Origin: Porphyridium purpureum
Taxonomy: Eukaryota
Assembly (NCBI GenBank): GCA_008690995.1
Contig: VRMN01000002.1
Location: 1,302,001 to 1,366,000 of the forward strand
Length of the DNA stretch: 64,000 nt
Direction: 5' to 3'
Below, in pieces: positions 1-9,625 of this stretch (position 1 is the first letter of the stretch; every line of letters starts with the position of its first letter). The notes beneath the pieces were generated by a model. The model did no database searches. It saw only the letters and a list, made by a program, of their open reading frames with translations, and was not told where the DNA came from. A program made the position numbers and the translations under genes.

Positions 1-29
1 CGTGCTCGGTGCCTCCTCGATCAGCCCGG

Positions 30-2195
30 CTAATACAAGTCATCAGATGCAATGGAGCAGGCTCTGGGTCGCGCGTGTTGGGATGGCATGCGTAGCTCGT
101 CGATCAGGTGGGGCTCCACGACAGACTCTGTCGCCGTCTTGATACTGAGCTCCTCCAAGTACGTGAGCTGCTGCAGGCCCGCACAACGATCCCGAGCATT
201 CCGCTGGGCCAGGCACATGCTCGGGCTCGCGGTTTGTTTCTGTGCAAGCCAAACAACCATCAAGCCCATGAACGCCTCTTTCGAACACGCCTTTTTCAAA
301 AAGTCATGCTCGAGAAGCTCGTCCACAGTGGCTCGCTTGCTGGGCTCCATCTGACAGCACCGCCCGATGAAATTGTGCAATCCAGGGCTCGCATTTCCGA
401 TCGCTCGTACCTGATATGTATCCAGCACCCCTTCCATTGCAATGCGAAACATGGCACGCAGCGTTTGGTCGCCGTAATACACGGGCAGCGTCGATATAAG
501 TTCGACGGCCAAAATACCCACGGACCACACATCTACACCAGTGGTGTACCTGCGCCCACGAATAACTTCAGGCGCCATCCAGAATGGAGTGCCAATGACA
601 CTCTTTCGATAGTCCTCGTCGTCGTCTAGCGCCACAGAGAAGCCCATGTCCGCTATCTTGACGTTCCCAGAGCTGTCAAGCAGGATATTGTCCGACTTGA
701 TGTCGCGGTGCATAATCAGCCTGTCGTGCATTGCCTTGAGACCTTGTAGCACGTTTAAGAGAATGTACGCGATAAACTCATCACGAAGTCCTGTAATACC
801 ACTGGCGGCCCGTTCTGCCTTAATTTGGCGACTGTTTAGTCGCATGTAAGATTTTCTGCCGTGCATGGAAGGATCCAATCCGGATTCGGCTGGGGTCGGG
901 TCGGCGTGCTTCACATGCAGCGTCTTGAGCAAAGAGTAAAGGGAGCCACCATCCATGTATTCCATTTGAACCCATACCTTCTTCTCGCGACGAAAGCATT
1001 GGTGCATCGCGACCACATTTGGATGTTTCACCGTTCGCATGACGGCCATTTCTCGCACGACCAACATCATGTCATAGTCGTCGTCAATGGTGCAGCATTT
1101 GAGCGCCACAGCGCCCATGCCTTTGTGCAACGCCCGGTAAACAGACCCGCATGACCCAGCACCGATTTCAACAACGTCGGAAAACTGATTGTACCGCCGG
1201 TCGAAAGGATCCTCCGACTTCACGGTGACCGTTGCTAAAGCGCCAAGCTCTGGTTTTCTCTCTGATGCCTGCCTCCACATCACGATACCGCCGCCAATCT
1301 CATCTGCTATCATCCCCCGATTGCGAGCCTTTGACTTGGGCCTCGATTTACCTTCGTGCGTGGCGCTTTCACCTTCTGATTCAATTTCAAATCCAAGGTA
1401 ATCCTGCTTTCCGGTATCAGCGTCCATCTGCTGCAAACACATCAGGTCAGCAATCTGACCCTCCGATGCTGCATCGATCTCACGTTGAGTCACTCCTACG
1501 CGCAAGAGCAATTTTTCCCATTCCACAGGTAGTCCGGAAAATCCCGTGGGGTTTGTAGGGTCCACAGCCACGTGCGTCGTGTGCTCAAATTGGATGGGCA
1601 TACCGATGACCATATCCTTTGCCGGCTGAGGGCGCTTTGAGCTGGCTGCGCTTCGCAGGCGCGGGAAAAGTGCTTCAGGATTAGATGACGACTGCTCCTG
1701 AGGTTTGTCGACTGCAGGGTGAAATTGCTGCTGACTTTTGCTGTGGACGTCCGACATCGAGGTCGACTTACGATTCCACATTCTGGTCCTGGATGCTCCT
1801 CCCGCCGCCGCCGGGCCTGCAGCAGATGGAGGTGCATTCGACACTGCGGATACATTTGAACAAGCGTCCGATGAAAGCGGCAATTCAGACCCGACCTTCT
1901 TCCCTGCTGTCTGAGAGCTTGCGGTGACCTCGGTGCGGACTTTTCCTGGCTCCGCCGCAGTCAGAGAACGGGGTCTTATAGTTTTCGCTGCGGCCTGCGA
2001 AGCCTGTAGTGCGGCAGCATTCGCCTTGAGCTCTGCGTTTCGCTTTGTTCCATTCACATTCTGCGGCGCGTTTGGATGCGCGTGAGACCCATGCGCGTTT
2101 TCCTTGTCGCATGACGACGCCTCCTTGTGAAATGTTTTCTTCAGCCGAGCAGCGCTTTGCTGCGACCTACCCACTAACTTTGAAAGGTGCTCCAT
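30..2195 (-). CDS. PAK/Ste20-family Ser/Thr kinase with N-terminal CRIB (PBD) domain
   Basis: CRIB motif IGMPIQFEHTTHV followed by GFSGLPVEWEKLL. Kinase motifs GAGSCG, VALK, HRDIKSDNILL, DMG, GTPFWMAPE, DVWSVG. The ORF track starts at a GTG (2231); the first ATG is at 2195. Confidence 0.9.
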   Translation of the reverse strand: MEHLSKLVGRSQQSAARLKKTFHKEASSCDKENAHGSHAHPNAPQNVNGTKRNAELKANAAALQASQAAAKTIRPRSLTAAEPGKVRTEVTASSQTAGKKVGSELPLSSDACSNVSAVSNAPPSAAGPAAAGGASRTRMWNRKSTSMSDVHSKSQQQFHPAVDKPQEQSSSNPEALFPRLRSAASSKRPQPAKDMVIGMPIQFEHTTHVAVDPTNPTGFSGLPVEWEKLLLRVGVTQREIDAASEGQIADLMCLQQMDADTGKQDYLGFEIESEGESATHEGKSRPKSKARNRGMIADEIGGGIVMWRQASERKPELGALATVTVKSEDPFDRRYNQFSDVVEIGAGSCGSVYRALHKGMGAVALKCCTIDDDYDMMLVVREMAVMRTVKHPNVVAMHQCFRREKKVWVQMEYMDGGSLYSLLKTLHVKHADPTPAESGLDPSMHGRKSYMRLNSRQIKAERAASGITGLRDEFIAYILLNVLQGLKAMHDRLIMHRDIKSDNILLDSSGNVKIADMGFSVALDDDEDYRKSVIGTPFWMAPEVIRGRRYTTGVDVWSVGILAVELISTLPVYYGDQTLRAMFRIAMEGVLDTYQVRAIGNASPGLHNFIGRCCQMEPSKRATVDELLEHDFLKKACSKEAFMGLMVVWLAQKQTASPSMCLAQRNARDRCAGLQQLTYLEELSIKTATESVVEPHLIDELRMPSQHARPRACSIASDDLY

Positions 2196-2801
2196 GCCCT
2201 CTTGCGCCTTTGTTCCTTCAATGTTCCCCACTCAGTGCGACAGAGCTCGCTGTCTATGCTCGCGAATGACGTGGGGTGGACGGAGATAAGAGCTCAGGCC
2301 ACGCCAAAACAGCCCGAACAGCCGCCGGCCAGATGTCGCGTGAATACTTTCGATGGCCAGCTGCCGTCAAAGCTCTCAAGCACCGTACGCCCGCTCTCTG
2401 TCGCAGTCTACCAGCCCGCGCCAGCTCTTGTCGGCGCCTGTCTTTGTCCTTTTAATTCGGAGCCGGGAATTTTTCCCGACCTCAGGCATCCTCTGATTTT
2501 CCCACTTTGAGAGTTCTCCACCTTTATGAGTAGAGGTGGGCGAGCAGGTCCAAGGCCAGGATTCGATATCGTGTCGCGGCTGTGTCCTTCTCCTTGCATC
2601 GAGCCGAGATGGATGGATCTGTGTGCGCGCGTGATGCAAAAGGCCGCGGCAGCAAACAAAACATTCGAAAATTCCTGTAACGGCAGCAGAAGTGCGAGGC
2701 TCTGAAACGGTCACCTTGAGGTACAGTTAGAGTACAGTTTGGAGAGAGGTACAGTGAACATTCAGGCTAGGTACTGTGCACTAGCTTGCTTGGGGCGCGG
2801 G

Positions 2802-4010
2802 TCATGACGACGAGGTCGGCACCATTATCTTTCCCGCGCCGTCGCAGTCAACGCAAAAGACGCGGCCAAGACCGAGACAGACATCGCAGTTCAAATTCGC
2901 CAGACCCGATCGCTGAACACATGAATCACATGGACACAGGCCCTCACCCTTGCACTTATCGCAGCTGCGCAGTTTCTGCTGCTCGCGCCGCGTGCGCATG
3001 GTCTCGCGCGCCTTGGCCACCTTCTGCTCCGCTTTTACGACTGCAACCGGGACTTCGATCCGCTGCCGCACTTGCTCCATGAATCGATCGTGCTCGGCCT
3101 CGATGTCCATCCTGTTGATCAGTTCTCTTCCAGAAGGCTGCGGCGCCCTTGACGAACTGGCAGAGGACGACGATGACGACATCCTGGAATCTGAGCCACT
3201 TGAAGCTGATGTGCGGCCTCTAGATTTGGACCCCGCACGACTCGAACTGGACGTTCCGGTATTGCCAGATTTCCTGTCCGTCGACGATGACGCGGTCGGA
3301 GTCAATAGTTTTGCCGCCTCTGCATCATTGGACAGAAAATCTTGTCCCAGCATGTCATTCCCAGTAGACGAATCTGTTGCTTCTGTCCTTCGCGAACCCA
3401 ACTTTACACCTTTCTTCGACTCAGAGATTTTTCTGCGAGTCTCATGCGAGACCGTCTTGCCGTACCGATGATTTTTCTTGCCACGAAACTTTTCCGCAAT
3501 TTTACGGCGGTGCTCTTCGGTCAGCGTGCGACCTTTCATCTTTTCGCTGATTTTACGACGTGTTTCTTCGGACACCGAGCGCCGCGGCGTGCGTTCAGCG
3601 GAGTAAGTTTCTGCGGCTGCTTCCATCTCAGTGCGCCTTCCGAATACTTCTTTGATATTCGGTTTGTTTGCGTTTTCCCGCAGGATTCTGCGCTTCACAC
3701 TTGCTGCAACTTTCTCGTAAGCATCTTCGTCACGCCACGCCGAGCTGGCGTTAGAACGCGACGCGGCGAAGCTCACGCTCAATATGCTTTTCGTCCGCTC
3801 GCAGGGTCGTTCTTGTCTCAGTACGTGTGGACGTAGCTGGTATTGTCGCGCCCGTCCACATGCTGGCAAATACGCGCGTGCATCTGCCGTCCATGCGGCA
3901 CGACTTCTGCAGCCGCCCCGCACGCCGCTGCCCGCGTGTGCACACGCTTGAGTCTGACACCGTTCACGCTGCAGATGCAGCAAGCCCGCGTAACCCACGC
4001 CAAACGCCAT
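2802..4010 (-). CDS. Putative plastid-targeted protein with NUMOD3 repeats and a C-terminal DnaJ-type CxxCxGxG zinc finger
   Basis: Repeats SEETRRKISEKMKG / TEEHRRKIAEKFRG / SHETRRKISESKKG. C-terminal CDKCKGEG..CDSC..CDVCLGLG..CVDCDGAG. The MAFG start at 4010 resembles a red-algal transit peptide; an upstream in-frame start exists at 4112. Confidence 0.75.
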   Translation of the reverse strand: MAFGVGYAGLLHLQRERCQTQACAHAGSGVRGGCRSRAAWTADARAYLPACGRARQYQLRPHVLRQERPCERTKSILSVSFAASRSNASSAWRDEDAYEKVAASVKRRILRENANKPNIKEVFGRRTEMEAAAETYSAERTPRRSVSEETRRKISEKMKGRTLTEEHRRKIAEKFRGKKNHRYGKTVSHETRRKISESKKGVKLGSRRTEATDSSTGNDMLGQDFLSNDAEAAKLLTPTASSSTDRKSGNTGTSSSSRAGSKSRGRTSASSGSDSRMSSSSSSASSSRAPQPSGRELINRMDIEAEHDRFMEQVRQRIEVPVAVVKAEQKVAKARETMRTRREQQKLRSCDKCKGEGLCPCDSCVQRSGLANLNCDVCLGLGRVFCVDCDGAGKIMVPTSSS

Positions 4011-5083
4011 CGCATGACATCCCACATTCCAGCGAGACCCGCCAGGCACTCGCTTCTTTCTCAGCTGCGGCCTTTCGCCTGCCGGTCTACGCTCCAGCTC
4101 CATCCCATCCATTCACGCCCAGCCCCCCGCGCGCGACCACACACACACAGTTGCTATTTCCTGTCAGCGCCGACCTGCGTGTGTTAAGAACCCACCGCCC
4201 GCTTGTTTTATTTGCCTCGCGCTTGCTGTCTCCACGTCATGTTCCACTCCGCGGTCAGCTACTGTCCGTGCGCGCCCTAACGCTCCACCCATCCTGACTT
4301 GCTTCCCCGCTCCGCTCGCTTCGTCCCAGCCATCCACCACCAATTCGTCCATCAGCTTTCACCGCATCACCACTGTACTCACTGTACCTCCGCCGTGTTG
4401 ATTACCCCCATTACATTGAAATGCCTGGACACGGCCATGGACACCTGCGTTGTTTTACTACGCGCGTGATGCGCGAACCGCCGCGCAGCATGGTGCTTTG
4501 GTCTATGTAAACGTGTCTGTTTGATCAGACGTAATGCGTAACCGCGAACGATCACAATGAGTCGTGTCGCTCTTATCGGTTTCGTCGCGTGTACTGTGCG
4601 AGAACTGTACCTCGCACCAGAACAAAACGTCTTGCGTGGGCGCGGGAAGGCGTCGGTCGGCGGTACGAGAGGGAAAAGGAGCAGAGACATCCAAGTAAGT
4701 TGCCGTTGGATTACAGACAGCGGATGGTAGAGAGCGCGGATGTGGCGGAGCGAGCAGCGGGGTGATATGACATGATGAACTTTGGCATTTGTCCGACTTT
4801 TTTTTGAGTTTGCTCCGGGAGATCTTCTCGTGGGCAAATGACATGGCGGAAAAACTCCAAGCTACCTATTTTATATTAATGGTCTGATATCCTACACCCC
4901 GAATCGATCGCCGCATCACCTCACGGTTGCTTTACCTGGTGCCCTCGAATGCACCGTTGTCTGCGGAGCAACAGAAGTCTGACACGCGTTCTTTTCGTCG
5001 TTCTTTGTGCGAGTTAGTGTGTTTCTTGTGTTTCACCACGCATCAAGTCATAAGGTTACACCCTGCTTTCTTTTCCATTTTGC

Positions 5084-6166
5084 ATGGCACAGGATGGACT
5101 AGTAGGTGATATCAGCTCTGTGTTTGAGCTGTATGCGCAAGACAAGCTCTTCCAAGCTGCGCGAGCGTTGCGGCGCGTGGAGGCAGGCCACTCAAACAGT
5201 CAAGAGGTGCACGGCCATCGCATCGAAAACTCTGCGGACGCGAGGATCCAAGCATACGCTCACAGTCGCGCCCTCGACGCAGCACACTGCTTTTCTCATT
5301 TGGAGAGCATTCGTAGCGACGTGCTCGAGGTCGAAGAAACGCTGCAGCGCATGCAGCTGGGTGGTGCTCGCAAAGATAAATGGCACAAGTGTTTTGACGA
5401 AAAAACTGGATCAGAACTCAAGGTCTACTACCAGGAAGAGAGCCTTGGACACGGTGAGGCTGCACTGCACTCCCTGCTCGTCGAAGGAGTTGCACACACG
5501 CCGATTCTCGCCCTCGCATCGATCATATATGAGACAGATCTGTACTCGACTTTGTTTTGGTTTGTGGCAGAGAGCCAGCTGATCCAACACCCGCAGCCCA
5601 CGCGTAAAATGGTTTATTCTCGCTTCTCGGCTCCGTGGCCCTTGGCCGATCGTGACGCGTGCATGCTTGGCTTTGCTGTAGACGGGCTGGATGAGGACGG
5701 ACTACTTTTCATCAATATCCGAGATGCACGTACGACTGACCGCTGCAAAGAAGGACGCCCTTTGTCGGTTCCATCCTTTTTGGAGCCGCGAAATCCGCAA
5801 AAGCATGATGCTGTACGCATGAATATTACTGGTGGCATTGAGCTGAAAGCGATGGGCCCGAACTCCACGCGGCTTCGTATGTATGGGAACGTCAACCCTC
5901 ATCTGGACAGGGTACCTAAATCGCTCATCAACTGGCTATCTCGAAGCCTATGCCGGGTGGGCTTTCACGTGCTGGAGGACAAGGCCAGTGCCATCGCTTC
6001 TTTGCCTCACGCTTCGCGTATGCGCCACGACAGCGTGTATAAATGGCTCGCGCGCCGGCTTCACGAAGCCGGGATCGACCCCGACGCGCTTGCATTTTTA
6101 AAAGATACGGGCGCCAATCTGCCCATAGATTTCAAGAGCGATGTAGAGGAAGTTGCTGGCTTGTAA
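5084..6166 (+). CDS. START/SRPBCC lipid-binding domain protein
   Basis: 360-aa ORF with START-like motifs FSAPWPLADRDAC and NVNPHLDRVPKSLINW. Confidence 0.75.
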   Translation: MAQDGLVGDISSVFELYAQDKLFQAARALRRVEAGHSNSQEVHGHRIENSADARIQAYAHSRALDAAHCFSHLESIRSDVLEVEETLQRMQLGGARKDKWHKCFDEKTGSELKVYYQEESLGHGEAALHSLLVEGVAHTPILALASIIYETDLYSTLFWFVAESQLIQHPQPTRKMVYSRFSAPWPLADRDACMLGFAVDGLDEDGLLFINIRDARTTDRCKEGRPLSVPSFLEPRNPQKHDAVRMNITGGIELKAMGPNSTRLRMYGNVNPHLDRVPKSLINWLSRSLCRVGFHVLEDKASAIASLPHASRMRHDSVYKWLARRLHEAGIDPDALAFLKDTGANLPIDFKSDVEEVAGL

Positions 6167-6502
6167 TTCTGTGACATATCGTCCGCACAGACGTTTTCGT
6201 CGCATGTAAGAAGACGCAGCGCTTGGTCCTTTTGTCATACGGACCGCCGTAGAATACAGTCACATAAGGGTCATGCGTGTTGCAATGTCTCCAGTAAACA
6301 AGCAGGGCTTCACCTCTTCAAAGGAACCCACTTTGACTGGCGTCTCCGCTCATGTTGAGTCGCTGCATCACAGCTTTCGAGCCAGGTGATCCAACAGGAG
6401 TCGGCAAGCCTCGTAGTTTATTAGGTTGGATGTCTCTTTCAACTGTGTTGCCAGGCGGTTGGAGTTGGAGGCAGCGTGAGGCGATAGTGTTGAAAGGTTG
6501 CG

Positions 6503-7471
6503 ATGCAGTGGTGCCCTCAGCCATTGAGTTGCGGGCACGCGTGCAAGGGCGTTGCGTTGGTGCCCGCAAAATGTACGATGCGATGCCTGGAGCCTGAATG
6601 CGACGGCGTGCACGGTGGCGCGGAGGCTAGTGCGCGCGCTTTGTTCCAGACAGGCGATGATGAGTGCGCAATTTGTTTGGACGAGCTCCGCAGTGAGCCG
6701 TGCGTGTGTCTGGACTCGTGCGGGCACGTGTGGCATGCAGAGTGCCTGAAGGAGCAGCTGGCTGTGGCAAGCCGTGGTATTGCGAATACGGGTAACAATC
6801 AGCCCATCAAATTCGGATCGTTCGGCTGCGGTATCTGTCATCGCTTCTGCAAGCACGCGTTTCTGGCTGATGTGCTAGACCAAGCCGCTGCACTGCGCAA
6901 GGAGGTGTTGCGAGACGCCCTCGTGCAGGCCGCCGTCGACAGCTTGCACGAGGATCCCGCCATCACGGACCCGAGTTCAGCCTACTTCAATGATTTGGAC
7001 GAGTGGGCGCTGCACGTGTACTCATACTGGTTCTGTGCCTCGTGCAGGCGGCCTTTCTTCGGTGGCCGAACAGAATGCTCGCAAGATATTGCCGTACTTC
7101 GTGATCTTACGGACGCCGAGCGGCTTTGTCCGAATTGCCAGTGCGCGTCCGCTCAGCATAAGGAGTGTCCGCCGCACGGTTTGGTGTGGAAATGCCGGTT
7201 GTGCTGCGCCATCGCCACGCGCGTGTCCTTTGGATCTGTGCATTTGTGCGAAGAATGCCATGCTGATTCCGAGCTTGCCCAGAAAATGCAAAAACGCAAC
7301 CAGGCGTCAGAGAGCATCAAGTGTTCTGACGGTGAATGCGAGTTGCAAGCGAAGTTTCTCTGGTGTACCAAGGGCGCGGCGAATTCCGAGAATGTGATGT
7401 GCGGCGCGCACATATCGTGCGAGCGGCTTCTATTGTGCATGGGATGCGAGTCGACATCAAACACAAGCTGA
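6503..7471 (+). CDS. MYCBP2/Highwire C-terminus-like RING-H2 plus tandem-cysteine (RCR) E3 ligase domain protein
   Basis: CGHACKGV, RING-H2 CAIC..CGHVWHAEC..CGIC, then EDPAITDP..YFND..ALHVYSYWFCASCRRPFFGG..C, LCPNC, CPPHG, KCRLCC..FGSVHLCEECH. This order is collinear with the MYCBP2 C-terminus as recalled. Confidence 0.8.
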   Translation: MQWCPQPLSCGHACKGVALVPAKCTMRCLEPECDGVHGGAEASARALFQTGDDECAICLDELRSEPCVCLDSCGHVWHAECLKEQLAVASRGIANTGNNQPIKFGSFGCGICHRFCKHAFLADVLDQAAALRKEVLRDALVQAAVDSLHEDPAITDPSSAYFNDLDEWALHVYSYWFCASCRRPFFGGRTECSQDIAVLRDLTDAERLCPNCQCASAQHKECPPHGLVWKCRLCCAIATRVSFGSVHLCEECHADSELAQKMQKRNQASESIKCSDGECELQAKFLWCTKGAANSENVMCGAHISCERLLLCMGCESTSNTS

Positions 7472-7543
7472 GGATATTGAGTTTAAGCGCATTAATGTGA
7501 ATAAAATAGTCCAAGCGATCATCAAAAAACATCGGCTGTCGCG

Positions 7544-8371
7544 TCAGGCGACGCTGAGTACAAGGAAGACAAGCGGCTCGATAAAGTTCCTCCCAGAGGC
7601 ACGCCCGTCAGCATATTCCCGAGTATCCGAATCAGGCATTCGTTCCGCGTCATCGGCGCTTCCGTGAGCCACCCAAACCAGAACAAGCATGGCTATGATC
7701 AACATGAGCATGGATGGAATAAGCAGTGACAGCTTGTCGGGCCGATAGTCCTCGTGCATGTTTTCCACCATGCGCACAATTTTGGTGTAACGGTACGTTG
7801 TGTAAAGGGACACCAAAGCGGAGTAAACCACAGCAATCGTCCCCAGCGCTACCGCAAGTGACCTCCTCGAGTAAAGTGGCACGAGCGATATTGTGTAGAT
7901 GGCGTACTGCAGCAAAATCACGGACAAGCGGAACCAAGTGAGTGTCTGACGCATATTGTCAAACAGCGTGAGAAGGCGGCCGTCTTCCGGTAGGCTCTGC
8001 ACGTTCTTGTTTTGCAGCTGTACCAAATACGCCTTCAAATCCATGATCACGCGCCTAGCCGCCAACTTGTTCACGCCGAGCGCGTCCACGAGATCTGTCT
8101 TGCTCAGCGCCAGAAAGAGCTGCATGTCCACGTCATGCTTTCGAAAAGTGTCCTCGTACTCGCCCAATTGCAACTCCTCCAGCAGCGCGCACACGTCATC
8201 CACACTCTCCCACTTGATCGCTCCGCCGCTCCCATACAATTTCATCACTGCCGTCGCTACCGGCGGGATGTGTGTCACCTCATTCTCCGCGTCCTTCAGT
8301 TCCTCTGCGGCTTGCGCCGCGCGGACCGTCTTCTCCCTTTTCACCTGCGGGCGCGCTTGTTTGTTTGTCAT
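7544..8371 (-). CDS. SAM domain plus DUF202/Vtc1-like three-TM membrane protein
   Basis: SAM-like WESVDDVCALLEELQLGEYEDTFRKHDVDMQLFLALSKTDLVDALGV, then DNMRQTLTWFRLSV and three hydrophobic helices. First ATG not overlapping CPI1 is at 8371. Confidence 0.7.
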   Translation of the reverse strand: MTNKQARPQVKREKTVRAAQAAEELKDAENEVTHIPPVATAVMKLYGSGGAIKWESVDDVCALLEELQLGEYEDTFRKHDVDMQLFLALSKTDLVDALGVNKLAARRVIMDLKAYLVQLQNKNVQSLPEDGRLLTLFDNMRQTLTWFRLSVILLQYAIYTISLVPLYSRRSLAVALGTIAVVYSALVSLYTTYRYTKIVRMVENMHEDYRPDKLSLLIPSMLMLIIAMLVLVWVAHGSADDAERMPDSDTREYADGRASGRNFIEPLVFLVLSVA

Positions 8372-8466
8372 CGTCTGAGGCTTGCCATTCTTAACGCTCG
8401 CAGCCCTTCCTGGCCACTGTCGACCAGGAAAACGCTTGTCAAGGTCACAAGAAGAGACCAGGAAAG

Positions 8467-9384
8467 ATGACAGGCCCAGAGGATGGCTGGTTTGCGCGCG
8501 ACCCGAGTAAGGCGCAGGCCGAAAAGTACTTCCTGGTGTCGACGTTCGCGACGCTGGCGATGTTCTTGTTGGGCGTGATCTCGTCTGGGCTGTATAGGCA
8601 CTGCGGTCGAAACGAGTTCTTGGTGATCTCATTTACGATGGCGGCGGTGCCAGCCGGCGCCGGGCTGTTGCATGAACCAGACGCAAGCAGGGCATGGACC
8701 GAGCGGTTTTGGGTCAAGGCGTTTGCGTGGAACGCAGTCTTTGGCTTCATCGGCAACTACATGTGGACTCACTATTTTTATACGCTGCTCGGCGCGCGAT
8801 ATACATTCGATTCGTATTGGTTGAACGGCGTGCCGTGGCCTTGCTACCTCGCGACACAGGCGTACTTTTGCTTTTATCACACTGTGACCAGTGTAGCTTT
8901 GCGGCGCGTGCGATTCTGGACGCGCGGCTTCGGAGCGCCTGCGCGACGTATGTGGATGACGTTGGCGGTGCTTGCCCTGGCGTACGTGACCGCGCTGGGA
9001 GAAACGCTCACCATCTCCGCGTTTCCATTCTACGACTTTACGGACCGCTCGCGCATGTACTCGGTAGGCAGCGTCTTTTATGCTCTCTACTTTGTCGTGA
9101 GCTTCCCCATGTACCTGCGCATCGACGAGCACGAGCTCGACAATCGAGGCGCGGCTGGTGCGCCGGCTGGCAGTCCGTGCGACGAAAAGCTCAAGCCGCG
9201 CTATGTTCTGAATTTTTTCTCACTGGGGCAAGCCGTACTCGACAGCTTTGCGGCGGCGATGATGGTCACCATGCTGCTCGACTTTTGGCGTCTGTGTATT
9301 GGCAGCATTGTTCCGTCCACCGCTTCCGAACAATCCATGAGTGCGTGGTCAGCTCCAGTCGGTCCGCCTTTCATCCTTCATTAG
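8467..9384 (+). CDS. CPI1: Cycloeucalenol cycloisomerase (cyclopropyl sterol isomerase)
   Basis: Motifs WFARDPSK, FIGNYMWTHYFYTLLGARYTF, ETLTISAFPFYDF, FYALYFVVSFPMYLRIDE, LLDFWRL. Confidence 0.92.
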   Translation: MTGPEDGWFARDPSKAQAEKYFLVSTFATLAMFLLGVISSGLYRHCGRNEFLVISFTMAAVPAGAGLLHEPDASRAWTERFWVKAFAWNAVFGFIGNYMWTHYFYTLLGARYTFDSYWLNGVPWPCYLATQAYFCFYHTVTSVALRRVRFWTRGFGAPARRMWMTLAVLALAYVTALGETLTISAFPFYDFTDRSRMYSVGSVFYALYFVVSFPMYLRIDEHELDNRGAAGAPAGSPCDEKLKPRYVLNFFSLGQAVLDSFAAAMMVTMLLDFWRLCIGSIVPSTASEQSMSAWSAPVGPPFILH

Positions 9385-9625
9385 GGTTTTGGTAAATATT
9401 AAAATTGGATATTAAAATAATTCCCAGAAAATTAATCATGTCGTTATAAAATGAAAAACGAACATTTGGCTTCGACGGTTCTTGTTTTCCTAGTGATTTG
9501 TGCGCTGAGGTAGAAGATACAGAGGATGAAGACACAGAGCTGCAGAGAGAGAGACAGAGAGAGATTGACACACGCACAGAAGAGGGACAGAGACAAGCCG
9601 AGTGGGGATTGCCATTCTCCTTGTC

